Origin: Phoronis australis | Taxonomy: Eukaryota; Animalia; Phoronida | Length of the DNA stretch: 64,000 nucleotides | Direction of reading: 5' to 3' | Assembly: GCA_002633005.1 (NCBI GenBank) | Contig: NMRA01000231.1 | Coordinates: forward strand, 510,122 to 574,121 | Shown here: positions 26,531-39,790 of the stretch, piece by piece | Numbering within the stretch: the stretch's first letter is position 1 | How the letters are laid out: each line of letters starts with the position of its first letter | Translations under genes and position numbers: made by a program | Notes under the pieces: model-generated | What the model saw: the letters and a program-made list of their open reading frames with translations, nothing else | Database searches by the model: none | What the model was told of the DNA's origin: nothing

Positions 26531-28783
26531 TTACGTCATTGGTCTTGACGTATCTCTGGAGGTCACGTTGGGCTCGGTTTATGAGAAAGATGATCAGTTT
26601 TGCCAAATTTTTCATTAATCACTGTGTAAAAAGAAGGCAGCTGGCGCACATACATAACGCAGACGATAGCAAAAGACGACATTGCTATTATTCTTCGTGT
26701 TAGCAGCTGCATCAAATGACTCGTCCGAAAACAGAGGGACGCAGGTGAGACTGGTAAAAAAGGACAACGAAAAATCGAAATTTGTTCAAACACTATGTGC
26801 CATCCGTCTGGGACGGGTTTTTAGGTTTTGTTTTTAATAGTGAATCATGCGAAGTTATCAGATGTTTTCGCATCGACTTGTGAGGTCACTCCAACCTCAG
26901 GCGCGATGCTTCTGGTTTTCAAGACCTGGCGTAAACTTGCGGACAAAAATCTCTCACCTTTTGTGGTGACCTATGTCGTACGGACGGACTGCTTGAACTC
27001 GAACATCGAAGTGTCTGATTGCGCATTGTGATGCTTATTCAGCGAGAATGGGCTTATAATCGATTGTGTTTCGACTCGTTGTCTTGCGGGCGCACCCAAC
27101 CAATGAAATTGTTTGACATCTTACTGTTTTGCCACGTGCAGCGATGCTGAACGTGGGGACATTGGTTTCAATCGGTTACCTGGCGGGTTGATCTAGCTCA
27201 GGTCGGGTACTTAGGCGTGTCTGGTGGGTATAACTAACCACTAGATTTGTCTGGTAGTACTTATTCTTGATATCTAGGTTTACGGCGAATATTTTGCAAC
27301 TGGTTTCATGCGGTTACCTCTTGGGTTGATCTAGCTCAATTTTAGCATTGTTTATAACCGTCTGGCTGACATTCCCCATCACTGAATTTGTCTGGCAGTG
27401 GCCAATTATGTTATAGTGGTTGCGTAGCATATATCGAAGGCAGTTTGAAGTGGTTACTCAAATTTTGAGTGCCATTCTCTTGGTTCCCCTGACCACACCC
27501 ACCTGTCAGACGGTCTTTTCCAAGCATGAGGATACCCCCAGAGCACTGTGGCACCAAAGAAAGCGAGTTGCCTTTGCATGGCCAAAAGCTCTGGGATCCC
27601 GGTCTATAACCCACTTTTCGACAGTCTGCGATGATTTTAGTAACGCTACTCGGAACCTACCTTAGCACCTCGCTAAAATATAGCGAACATTACGACGTCG
27701 TTTTCTCTTTTAAAATACAGTGCTTTATCTTAGCGTTACTGAGCTATGCCAAGGTTTTTATTGACAAACGTTCAGCGCCTCATTCAGAACACATTTAGTC
27801 GAGGTTTCAACCTACTGGCATAAACTGCGTTTTAACAACTTCCTTACTATTATATTGCCAGCGAATTCCCACTTCTGTGCGGTAGGATGTACGACGGATC
27901 CATGAAAAATTCAAACCTGTGAAATAGCAATTTAAGAACACGGACATGTCCCATATATTTCCCACACCGAAGTATCCGAAAAATTGCGTGAGAATTTCGA
28001 TCTCGGCCGGTGTCAGAAAACTAGCATACATTTGTGTATTAAAACTAGTCTAACAATAGGAGGGACTAGCACTACAATTTATTCACCTGTTTATAAATTA
28101 ATGAACAGCGGTGTAGCACTTGAAATTCTGTCGAGATTAGTCGGAAGTCACTTACATGTTTTCATTACTCTAGAGAGTGCAGCAGTAAAAACCGCCATTT
28201 TCATATGTTATAGCCAGGCTCCTTAGCTTTTTTCGACGTTTAGTTAAAATGGTATCGCAAGATTAAGCATCTGCGCCTTAAAACACGACCCTTAAACACT
28301 ATTTTTTTCGGTTCATCACGTGGTTGGACCTTATCATTTTGCTTCCTAATCGTTTTTACTTACACGTTATACGGAAATAATTGATGACTTAAATGGAAGG
28401 TTTTGCCTAGCTTAGATGATTTATTTTAGTTTTAGCTTTGTTTATACTGTAGGACCACTGACAATGTCTATGAAATTCGTCCAAAAAGACTGGTACCGTT
28501 CTCTACTTCTCACGCTTATGCACTAATCAATTTTCACTAAGTAAAGTGTTATGCGATGGAACTTGTTCCCGTGACAAACATACGGATGATGAGAGATCAT
28601 GTTCACCACAAGTGAATTGTTGGACTATTTTGAACTCTGCGTGAAGACATGGAGCAAGCTTTGGCCACAAAGTCTTGTTATTCAGACGATGAGCGTGGAT
28701 TTTTGTCATTTGCTTCGGATTTCACTAAGCGATAAATGTCACCAAAACCTTTAGTGAAATGGCGTTTAGAGAAGCACACTTAC

Positions 28784-28927
28784 TAAACACATATAAGACC
28801 GCAGACTTAAATGCCGCTCCGTATCGGTTAGCAACAAGACATTGAACATTAACAATGTCTGTGGGCCATTTTACATTCTTGATGATGAGCCTGTTTTCAG
28901 TTGCCGACGATGATGGACGTGCTGAAG
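28784..28927 (-). CDS. Internal exon C of the Ig-superfamily gene (C-terminal half of the Ig domain started in exon B)
   Basis: Acceptor ttttggtttag| (in-frame alternative cag gives a start at 28921) and donor |gtaagt. Phase 1 to 1. Translates (A)SARPSSSATENRLIIKNVKWPTDIVNVQCLVANRYGAAFKSAVLYVF, with LxIxNV...D...QC...NxYG as in L1/neuroglian Ig4-type domains. Confidence 0.85.
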
Positions 28928-30089
28928 CTAAACCAAAATATACAGTGCAACGTGTAGAGACAATATTCTTATAATAGGTGTGTAATTGCTTGATAGACAA
29001 ATCGTCTCCTGAAAACAAACAGTAAGACACAACCCCTCCGACTATTCAAAACACAACACAAGAAAAATGTAACCTAAAATATTAAGTGCCACCCGGCTCA
29101 AGGCTTTGCATATCTTTAAACATTTAGGGCACGATTTTAGATGTAAATTTTCGGAGGCATCAATATTGGTCAATTTCAACCAATACAAAATCTGAAACAA
29201 CGGATAATAAATGAGCGACCACCTAAGAATTTTCACCCTGGCTAAAGAATAGAGCTAAGAAAATAGAAATACAAAGAACTAAATCTGTCCTCCTAATGAA
29301 CGTGATTTTTTGCAAGGTTAGGAAGACGGATTTGATACTTTGCATTTCTATTTTTCAGTACTATACTTTAATCAGGATTAGAATACTATGGGTGGTGATT
29401 TATTTTTGGCACGGTGGAGACTATATAGCAAGTACTGTTTTTGTGAATTCAGGGAGAAGGGTTCGAAAGCCTTTATTTTTCTAGACTTTTAACTGCAAAA
29501 CAAATGTTTTTTTCAAGTCAAATCTAAGTTCTGGTAATACCATAATCACGCTATCTCTGAAGATAAAACTACATAAAGATCAGGGTACATGAAATGAGTT
29601 ACATAGCATACTTTGATAACAGTCCTTCATTAAAACATCTGGTCAAATTTGAAATACGATAGAGGTTCTCTCTTTACTTAATTTACTAACAGCGTTGCAT
29701 TATGTCAGTACTCTCTTTTTTCAGTGCGTTCATCTCTAGCGTTATTATCATAACCGCACGCATCGTTAGTGCCAATGTGGCCGTTTCTGGTTCTGACGGC
29801 AAGGTTTCGATGTTGTACAAAACTTGACATTCGGCACTGATCAGCCAATCGACCAGTGTCGACGTTGGTCTAGTTGTGAGCGATGGATGCGCCCTCAGCT
29901 ATTCAGTTTCTTTCCGCTCAGTTGTGTATGACACCTTTGTCATCGCCAATGCCTTTGACATTGTTAGATGCTGGGTTAACATTGGCATTGTTGTTGACTG
30001 GTCGATGTCATCGACATTGCTATTTTCGGTTTAAGCTGGAGTCGTTGTCACTGGCTGTCGGTTTTAACGTGTTGAAACACTTGGGATTT

Positions 30090-30760
30090 AAAGTTATTTG
30101 ATTTAAGACACAGACTGTCGTGTCCAACTCTCGAATAGTGTGCAGCAATAATATTTACAGTGCATGCGATTCCGCAATACTGGACTTAACAAACAGATGC
30201 GTATATAAAATGTCATTTGGTTTTAAAAAAGACTAGAACAACGAGTAAGGTGCTGTCCAATAAGCATGCCGTAAGTTTCCGGTCATGAAGTCACTAAGGT
30301 AATTATAAGTTATAAAACTCATAAACATCTTAAAAACATTCAGCTATGTATGAGCACACTTAGTGTCTTTCATATGCTTCACATGTTGTGAAATCTTGCA
30401 GGTGGCTTTACTGACAGTTCTTCCCGATCTGGTGTGGTAGAGACCATCGTCCGTAGAGGTTGATGTTCCACCAGACACATCCAGTTGCATGAATTCCTTC
30501 GACATTTAGATGCAAGGCTTCTTCCTTGGATGGGGTATAGTCGGCGGGAGGCTGTGGCTCTTCTTTCGTAGAACAAACATGTCTACGGTTTCCCGCGCTT
30601 CAGTACTTGCTGGCACTTCTTTACGACTGTCGCAGATTACCATTGGCTAGAGATAGGGTTTTGCACTCTGAGGTGCTGGTTGTGACTTAATCCTATGAAT
30701 GGTCTTATGCTTAGGTTGCAATATTCAGCTTGATCTGTGGACTTTACCGGGTATGGAAAC
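30090..30760 (-). mobile_element. 3' part of a Gypsy LTR retrotransposon (integrase tail plus 3' LTR, about 30327-30090)
   Basis: YHTRSGRTV / KPPARF integrase C-terminal motif. ttatttgatttaagaca...atactggactta at about 30093-30188 matches about 51653-51747. Confidence 0.65.
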
Positions 30761-31833
30761 TTCTTATCTTTGTTGTTGATTACAGCTATGTAACCCCTTA
30801 CAAAAATGAACTTAAGTTTTTCGCGAAAAAACTTAAGTTTCTGGAAAATGACTTAAGCTTTAGAAGAAAAACTTAAGTTTTTCCAAGGAACTTAAGTTTT
30901 TAAAGGAAACTTAAGTTTTTAAAAGAAAACAAAACTTAAATTTTTCGCCAACAATTCGCCAAGTTTTTCAGCAAAATGTTAAGTTTTTCAGAGAACTTAA
31001 TTTTTTCTGAAAACTTAAGTTCATCACAAAACTTAAGTTTTCATAATTTTAAAAACTGAAGTTTTCCTGACTTCTTAAGTTTTTCGCAAACTTTAGTTCT
31101 TCGAATTATAGAAACTTAAGGTTTCCTAAGGTTTTCGCAAACTTTAGTTTTTAGAATTATAGAAACTTAAAGTTTCCTGATTTCTTAAGTTTTTCAGAAA
31201 ACTGGAGTCTTCTCATGTGTGGAAAACTTGAGTTTTCGAAGAACTCTAAGGTTTCTATGTGATGAAAATTTACGTTTTCAAGTTTTTAAAATTTGAATAT
31301 TTTGAGATATTTGATTTTTGTTCGAAAATTCCAATAATTTTCCAACAAAAATTCTTGTTTGCTCATGCAAAACCCATCCATGCTATGAACATTCCCACAA
31401 AATAAGATTGGTCCTAACCCCAGTGGTTAAGGTAAACGGTGGGGTATGGAAAATTGAACTAGACCGTATTTATCCACCTTGGCTGAGTCGCACTCGGCTC
31501 ACGATCAAAGGGATGCCGCCAAGCTGCTCTAGTCATCGAGTCACGAGCGAGGATAATTGGCTTCGCCTTGCGGATATGATCAGCTGATTACAATCTAGCT
31601 AGCAGACTGTACTTTTTATGGAGAGATTTTTACGTAGTTTTTACTGTAATATTTGAAAAGAGGGAAAACAAATATGAGTATAACTTTGAATTTTTCAAAT
31701 CGGCCCAGGATAAGAGATTTTGCAACACAGCAACACTCACGATTACTTTCATTCGGCGCGCACTAATACAAAAATATAGGACCCAAGTTATTTAGATTTT
31801 GGAACACATGCATTGCAATATTCAAAATACGTT

Positions 31834-32495
31834 NNNNNNNNNNNNNNNNNNNNNNNNNNNNNNNNNNNNNNNNNNNNNNNNNNNNNNNNNNNNNNNNNNN
31901 NNNNNNNNNNNNNNNNNNNNNNNNNNNNNNNNNNNNNNNNNNNNNNNNNNNNNNNNNNNNNNNNNNNNNNNNNNNNNNNNNNNNNNNNNNNNNNNNNNNN
32001 NNNNNNNNNNNNNNNNNNNNNNNNNNNNNNNNNNNNNNNNNNNNNNNNNNNNNNNNNNNNNNNNNNNNNNNNNNNNNNNNNNNNNNNNNNNNNNNNNNNN
32101 NNNNNNNNNNNNNNNNNNNNNNNNNNNNNNNNNNNNNNNNNNNNNNNNNNNNNNNNNNNNNNNNNNNNNNNNNNNNNNNNNNNNNNNNNNNNNNNNNNNN
32201 NNNNNNNNNNNNNNNNNNNNNNNNNNNNNNNNNNNNNNNNNNNNNNNNNNNNNNNNNNNNNNNNNNNNNNNNNNNNNNNNNNNNNNNNNNNNNNNNNNNN
32301 NNNNNNNNNNNNNNNNNNNNNNNNNNNNNNNNNNNNNNNNNNNNNNNNNNNNNNNNNNNNNNNNNNNNNNNNNNNNNNNNNNNNNNNNNNNNNNNNNNNN
32401 NNNNNNNNNNNNNNNNNNNNNNNNNNNNNNNNNNNNNNNNNNNNNNNNNNNNNNNNNNNNNNNNNNNNNNNNNNNNNNNNNNNNNNNNNNNNNNN
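31834..32495. other. Assembly gap (N run)
   Basis: Run of N; the ORFs crossing it are artefacts. Confidence 0.99.
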
Positions 32496-34457
32496 ACAAT
32501 AAGCGTCCCCTCCCCGTGAAATGAATTTTTCTAAGCGTTTGTTTGAGCCAATACAGTATACAGCTTTCCACCAAGGCTAGGTGATGCAAGACATTATTCT
32601 TTGTTGCATTATAGTAACTGGTCTTGGCTAATTATCATTTTATGGCATGGTCATCCATTCAGCCAAAAGTAGTTCCTGAGGTGGCTTATCAGCTGACTCA
32701 CAATAGAAGCCTGATAAGAGTGAAGGTGGATAAATGCGGTGTTCCTACAGTTTCTTCTTTTAGTGGATGTGTTCACGACATGTCATCTCAAAAAAAAATG
32801 TTGCCCGAATGTTTCCTTAACAATTTTATTGATACAAATCATAAAACGACGAACGTTTAACCTGGTTTGTACAGAATTATTGCAATTACGTAATCATTAT
32901 CGCAGGGCTTTTTGAATGTAAATGTAGACGAACATCCGGTGACCAACAGCAGTAAGAATGCACCAAATTTTCATCCCGTGAGACACTTACCTGATCACTA
33001 CAATGTAACCAATAGAACGCATGCAATTAAAAAGACGTAGTTATTGTGCCAGTTTCCTTTGTGTTGAGTTGTATTCGTAAGGCAGTTTCCACCGGAAGTC
33101 AACTGTTTGAATTTGATAACCGACAGTCAATTTCGAAGAAGAAGTCGTGTTTCGGCTAGCCCGCGACAATAAAGTTGATATTATTACGTGCAGAGTCGGC
33201 AAGAAGACATTTCAGAAGCTTTGGAAGTCATGTAAGTGCCAGAGAGCGTTCTAAAATCGATTGGCCACAATCGGTGCCGTGATTCATATCCAACGAACGC
33301 TTTAAGTTCAGTTGTCAGTCACTCACGCTGACACATACCGACATGGACTGTGATTTGTGTGTGAATTGTCTAATAAAATACTGCTGGAGGTCCATGAGCA
33401 AGCCATAACGTTCACATAAGGCTGATACTCTATTATACATGTATTTCTGTTTTCTGACACTGTTCTGAGGTTGTTTCAGTGAGCATCAATGCCAGGGGGG
33501 GGACTACCAAGGGAGTGTATAATCATTTCGCAAGTTAGGTAATATTGGCATTGGTTGTGTTTGCTTATGTCTGTGTTCGTAGTAATTCTTGGAAGGTCCT
33601 GATTTTGAAATTTCATATCATTACAGTTCAATAATTTGCAAGGTTCACTTGCCTTATCCACGAACACATCTTAAAATATGAGGGGTGCTCAATTTTTTGG
33701 GCACATTGACCTTTTACTAAAAAACGGGGTATCTTCAGAGCTGTGCTATTTCGAGCCTCCCATGGAATCACCAATGTAAGTATTGTATTGCCTATTTTGA
33801 CCGATTTGTTCAGGTTTGTCTGGAGGATCCACATTATTGAATGCGAAAAGATATCACGGTCCCGCACTAGTACCCTATCTGGAGTACCCCCGCCATAGAA
33901 AATAATGTACCCAAGTGAAGTCTCACCAGTCAACATGTTAACTATTGTTATGCATTGTGAAACTTGCATAATTCCTATCTAATTGAACCAAATCATTCAA
34001 ATAAGGAAAATCTGAGTGACTTGACTTGGGGATTGAGTATGTGATTTCGAATTTTTACCGGGTTATGAAATACTAGAATGTCGCAAAAGTTTGCGATATT
34101 CAGACTAAAAATTGTAACATTCAATTCAAGTTCGACTGGTTTTATTGAAATGAAATATTCCATTCTCATGGTGAAAGTGATAGTTAATCTGGGTACAACT
34201 TTATCTAGGAGTTGAGTTGAATTGAATATGGACGGACTAGAATGATCTCCCTATGTCAGTAGGGGCATATTCTTTTCCATCAAGAAATTTGCTAGGAACC
34301 TCAATTTAAAGTCTTTGCAAATGTCAGCCAGTAAAATGATTGGTAGGAGTATAAGATATAGTATATTCTGTTTACTGTACATGAGATAATAATTTTAGTT
34401 TTACCATTAACTAATGTGGTTACGTAAAACCCCTCGTGAAGACCATGTCAGTATCTT

Positions 34458-34637
34458 CAATGGTGGATTCAGAGGGTTGCTAAGGGGCCATGGCTCTGGC
34501 CCCCCTAAAACGCTACAATAATCCATTTGGCAGTTTGGCAGTTGGGGGAGGGGGTTAATGTCGGATGGGCAAAACCCTATCTAATACTCTATCCTAACCA
34601 CCCAATTCAAAGTCCTGTATCCGCCCGACCGTCCCTG
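34458..34637. mobile_element. Short GC-rich MITE with a 5-bp TSD (hAT5-like)
   Basis: ATCTT|CAATGGTGGATTCAG ... CTGTATCCGCC..CCCTG|GTCTT. Confidence 0.55.
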
Positions 34638-35828
34638 GTCTTTACATGGATAACATTTCCTGTAAATGGGTTATGTCTGGATTCTTAAGAAGCATACTGT
34701 TATGTTTGCTAATATCTCATTGTTTTCAGATTTCTATTAACTTGGAGTACTTGGAAGAACTAGACATGCAAACATTTGCATCGAAACAATCACCAAGGGG
34801 GGGTTATTGGGCTGTTTATATCCAAACGGCAGGTAGATCATCATATGTTTATTGTTGAGTTAAAAATAGTGCTGTTAGCAGGGTTTGAATTTGAAACAAT
34901 ATGAAATCTGTCCTTGGTTTAGCCAAAGGGGTTATAATCTTTAACAAACTCACTGACTGTTGTAGCCATTTGCTCAAGTCAAAGTAAAGCTTCTTGGTTT
35001 TGCTATAAGTTTCAAAAAGTACACGTGGCAGAATACATGTGAGATTAAACTTTCAGTTCTAACCCTTGTTGTGCCTGTTGAATGTCCATGAAACAGTAAG
35101 AAGACATTTCAGTTCTATGCTGGAGACAGCCGGTTAGTTGTGCATTGTCTATTAAGATTAACGAATTAAATAATGAAAGGTTCATCAAAAAATGGGAATT
35201 GTAGTTTATTGCAGTTGCCAACAGTTTAATCATCTGATAAAAAATTAATTAATTTGTCATAGAATTTGAAATGAAAAGTTACAGAACACGTTACCTGGTT
35301 AGCCTGAAGTCCAACTTTTATTAACACAAAAGTTTTGTAATAATATGCACAGTTGGTTTGGTTCTAGATTGTGATAGCATGTTAGGTGACCATGTGCATG
35401 TTTTGTATTGAAGTTGTGTAAAATAAAATGATTTTGAATGTCGTGAATCCAGGGTTAAAACTCCATTCAAAACAGTAATTGGAAAACTGACCCACTGCAG
35501 TGCATGCTTGGAGTAAACTTGCAGACTAGTCTTGCACTTCAATCCAGGAGAGCGATTGGTTAAAGGCGAAGACAACCTTCTTCCATGTCATTTTGAGCTA
35601 AAATAAGGTTGGTTGGTTATCCTAGACATATTTTCCACTTAATTACAGCTTATCGTAATTTTATTAATTACTCGTCCGCTACTGCGGAAGTGACATTTTA
35701 GGAGGCAAGCATTTCGCGCCAATTTCTTTTCATATAGTATGACTATGAGAGCTGCTGAGTCAGTCATTGTTCTACCTCTGTTGTGTTAAGTTCCGTCGTC
35801 GTTTGCTTTCATTTATTAGTCAGTCAAC

Positions 35829-36455
35829 ATGCCACACTGTTGCTGCGTACCGAAATGTACTAATTATCGGCTCACGTGCGCTTTGGGAGTACCTTTGCAT
35901 CGCTTTCCGATGGATGACACACTTCGCCGTACTTGGCTCGTTCGTGTGAAGAACGCATCGTTACCCGTCCACGCAACGTACAAAGCAGTGGAGAATTACC
36001 GTGTGTGTGGCAAGCACTTTCTACCCTCCGGTTACGAAAGGGATTTGTACGCTGAACTGTTGAAGGTCCCTGCGAAACAACGCCTGAAGAAGGATGCCAT
36101 TCCGTCTGTGTTGATTCCTGGCAGTGCCCCGTCGCCACCCCCGAGAAGTGCGTTTTTGAGGCGAGAAGCTTTGCGAGCTGTGGCCAGTACATTGACTGGA
36201 GCCAGTGGAGGCACTTCATCTACTGTCCCCCGTGCCTCCGAACGTACCCCTGAGCGTGCAATTCCTGGAACCAGTAGTGATTCGCCCTGTGCTGTTTTCT
36301 CCAGCCCAGAGCCTCTAAGCAGCACTGCAGCGATATTGAGTAGAGGGAGTGATTACAGGCCCAGTTCGACACCCAGTGGAGAGGACAGTTTGTCGTTCAA
36401 TGAACAGATCGGTGAGCCAAACTTTGATAAGTTTATTGTGGATTTGTCTATTTAG
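35829..36455 (+). CDS. THAP zinc-finger ORF: N-terminus of the Kolobok transposase (degenerate continuation to about 36603)
   Basis: MPHCCCVPKC...HRFP...W...RVCGKHF...DAIPSV is a complete C2CH THAP signature. After the stop, RCQVCGE...WECVAGDSGKWHS...GMPE resembles the following transposase zinc-ribbon region. Confidence 0.8.
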   Translation: MPHCCCVPKCTNYRLTCALGVPLHRFPMDDTLRRTWLVRVKNASLPVHATYKAVENYRVCGKHFLPSGYERDLYAELLKVPAKQRLKKDAIPSVLIPGSAPSPPPRSAFLRREALRAVASTLTGASGGTSSTVPRASERTPERAIPGTSSDSPCAVFSSPEPLSSTAAILSRGSDYRPSSTPSGEDSLSFNEQIGEPNFDKFIVDLSI

Positions 36456-36603
36456 AAGGTGCCAGGTGTGTGGCGAGTGAGTCACACGACACGATGTAAG
36501 CAGTTTGGGTGCTCAGGTCACCATCTAGTGGGAGTGTGTCGCGGGAGACTCTGGCAAGTGGCACAGTTGTTCCTCTGTCCGTGGTATGCCGGAGATCCAC
36601 TTA

Positions 36604-36906
36604 ACCATGTCCAGTACTGGCTTGGCCTCGTCGAACTCTGAACAGCACAAGCATTCCATTGAGGTAGGCAAAACAACACACAGTGCATTTGCACAAAGGT
36701 GTGTCACCACGTCTGTCCTCAGTAGCCGCCTCGTTTCTCTCAACAGCTGCCTGTTTCGGTGCGTACTCTGCCTCGTTACACTCGGGCTCAAACATGTACC
36801 CACCCACTGAATTTCCGTGAAAAAATTACTCGTCATCACTGCTGTGAACAAGGTCTCCGTCACTCACACTACTGTCACTGAGATACGGGTCACCGACTCC
36901 AGCCAT
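36604..36906 (-). pseudogene. Truncated KolX-like accessory gene similar to the P2X7 cytoplasmic Cys-rich/ballast domain
   Basis: MAGVGDPYLSDSS..(stop)..GGYMFEPE...RRGDTPLCKC..(frameshift)CVVLPTSMECLCCSEF fits the YxFEP...RxGxxxWCxC..C..MPT..E..CCxE pattern of invertebrate P2X7-like proteins. Confidence 0.7.
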
Positions 36907-38699
36907 TTACAGCTTACAACACACTAAACATTCCCTAAATCCAACGTAGTTGAGTTCTCTACTAACCTATCTTGCCGCAGAATACTCGCCGATGGATAGT
37001 GGTGGTCACAATTGTTGAAAAACAGCACTAAACAAAAGTAGATTAGAACAAATTTGCACGGTAAAGTTAACGCAAAACCAAGTGGCGGGAAACGCTTGCC
37101 TCCTAAAACGTCACTTCCGGAGTAGCAGACGAGTAATTAATAAAATTACGAAAAGCTGTAATTATTTTAGCTCAAAATGACATGGAAAAAGGTTGCCTTC
37201 GCCTTTAAGTTTTGAGTTTGAAGACTATTTTCTGGGCTCTGTACATACATGTAAGTCAGTAAGTTTTACAAATCAGTGTTGTATAAACAGCACGATAAAT
37301 ATCCAGCAGGTTGAGTTGTCTTATAGTGATAGCTTTTACCCTTCTGTTTTTTAAATTTTGTTACAGTGTTTATTGCAGAGTGTGTCTTCAACAATCGTTG
37401 GATAAGGAAGGCTACCCAGACAACACAACGAACGCACTTATGAACTGCAGCTCTTAAACCTATGAATTCAGTTATCTGAGCTCAGAAACGCACGTTTGTA
37501 GTCACAAAACATGGATAATTTGCTTGTGAAGCTAAGCGAGCAGATCCAGCCAACGAAGATTAAGTGGCTTGTGGTCTACCATAGGGCCCTTTCACATTGA
37601 CTTAACTCTTGTCTGAGCGGAGCGTCGACGTACATGTATACAGCGAAGTTAACTGGACCGTTCATTCCGGCTTCGGTAGTTAATTAACTGAGAAGTAGAC
37701 AGTAGGCGACGCTGTCGTCATCGAAGGTATCGCAAGGTAACACTGTACGCTAAGATGTGAAAATTTACATGTGTTAATTGACATAAAACTTATTTTTAAG
37801 TATCAGTCCACGGATCCACCGACCACTGTACAGCCAACAAGCGGCAAGGTGGGGGGTCAACCATTCAGATCCATGTTCAGTCTGATCAATCACATTAGGG
37901 ATGAGAGAAAATGGGTGAAGCATGACACCACAAAGTTTGGTAGTTTAGGAGATACAAGGGAAGAGTTCTGGGGGCAAAATAAGGGAATTTCTTGGTGTGG
38001 AATGAGTCATTTTTGACCAAATTTTCTACTCCAGTTTCTGCTTCAAACAGAATCGTTTCTGAAGAATTTTGATATTAAATGATAGGCTCATGACCAATGT
38101 CAGTAAAAACGGCACCGACACTGCAATATAGGTTACCATGGTAACACTGGAACTGTTTCCGTGGAGGTACATTTCCGTCTTGTGAAAAGCCAGCAGTAAG
38201 CTGTACCCTTATAGCGAAGCTGCCCTCGCGAGAAAACTAAAAATAATAACATGGACATGTAGAAGACTCCATGCCCTTGAAATTATTATAATAAAAACTT
38301 TGTCAGCCCTTCAGACAGGCTTGGTAATAGGTGTCTGAATTTCACTATTTTCAGACCGCGTATGTGTATTTGTCATGTTAAACCAGTCACTAGTTGCGCG
38401 CCGTTTCTACGCATTGATATGCCGTGGTATAATACAACAATTAAAACAATTGATTTGCTTAAATGTTTTTAATTAATTTTAAGGACACTAGCATTTCCCA
38501 ATAAAATATGAAATTATACTAAATTTGTTCATCCAATTCGTGTGAATACCAAACTAAAGCTTACAATGCGTTAGTTGAATGATTGCTGACATAAAGTGCT
38601 TGTTTGCGAATTTATCTATTTATCCGGCACTTCCACTTGCATCGAATGTGGTATTTCTACAAATTGCAGAGAGAAACAACTTTGGAAACTCTAGGGAAA

Positions 38700-39790
38700 T
38701 GCACAAGGTATAGAGCGAGACATTTGAGCACCTTATAAGAGTACGTGGAGCTGATGTGGAGGTGGAACGTGTCCTCCTGAGAAGTAGTCTGTCTCAGTGT
38801 CTGCCTCGGAGGCAGGTGTGCAGGAGCTACATAATCTACCGTATTAGATTCACTTAACCGAATCATCGTTACAACACTCGAGATATATTGGTGTCGCCAA
38901 AGACACTTAGAACATCCATTGCACACTAGAGGAGAAATCTGATAGAGGTCTGAAAAATGACCAAAGACGTTAAGTGAAGGTTCAACGTCCTGCTTCGTGT
39001 GAGCTCAGGTAGGAATCACTAAATTCCAGGGTCTGACCCTGAGGAATATTTTTAGAAATACGTCATTCATTCAAAAATACTTTTATTGACACACCTTGAT
39101 TGCTTATAACTTGGGCCTTATTGCTTAATCATATCTTATTCAAATGTGTTGATGTTTATGAAACTATATGACTATACATTGTCATAGAAAATAGGTAGTC
39201 ATCATAACTTTTCATAACAACCACCAAATGTGTAACATGACTTCTGCCCATGAACTACTTTTAGAAACTAGGGAGTATGTTTGGTCTACCAATGACTTTC
39301 TGCGATGATGAAGTTAATTAAAGATGCTAAAGCCGTCAAAAATATTGGTGCCTTCACTTTGCCTTGGTATTCATATTTTCTGAGCCGAAAGGGCCACATT
39401 AAATTTAATATGTTTAATTTTTCATTAATACAATTTTGTAGGAATCGGGAAAGGCTTATGCTGAAGAAGTGGCTTCTGCTGAAGTTGCAGACTTGCCGAT
39501 TAATGGTTGGGTATGGAAAAGTTCACAACCAGCAAGAAGGTTCCCTTCTGGACAACTAAGTAAGGGGGCTAGAGAGAGGCCGAAAAGTCTACTCCTAGAA
39601 GATATGTCAAAGAGAATTTGTAACTTGAGGAACGAGTTGGGGAAAAAGTATTTGCCAAATATTACTGGCTTATGCCACAACAGGTTCAAAGTAATTTGTT
39701 GAGATAGGACACTTTCAGCAAATGTGGGGAAACTGGGACAGAGGAAGTGGAGTATGCACTGAAAGAGGCAATCTGCGATTGTCAAGGATG
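38700..39790 (+). pseudogene. Degenerate N- and C-terminal fragments of a DNA transposase (possibly Sola3-like)
   Basis: PNHR..TLEIYW....EHPLH...KSDRG followed by donor cag|gtagg. Acceptor tttgtag| followed by GWVWK..RRF..GQ...R.ELGKK...WL..QQV. The family assignment is from memory only. Confidence 0.35.

Larger units (their letters stand above)
35564..37204 (+). mobile_element. Internally deleted Kolobok DNA transposon (copy 2, best preserved)
   Basis: TTAA|AGGCGAAGACAACCTT ... AAGGTTGCCTTCGCCT|TTAA with TIRs of about 120-160 bp. Convergent THAP-transposase and KolX-like ORFs. Confidence 0.9.

Noticed and set aside
30800-31310. AAACTTAAGTTT repeat array resembling a CRISPR array or regulatory array
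   Set aside because: Repeats are short and irregularly spaced with no unique fixed-length spacers, and they are mirrored at about 44640-44970 as the other TIR of a DNA transposon.
31799-32589. Long ORFs of 229-255 aa
   Set aside because: They consist almost entirely of N-gap codons.
33100-34835. Exon-like pieces that could be an EnSpm accessory gene
   Set aside because: Stops and frameshifts throughout, and no motif I could identify with confidence.
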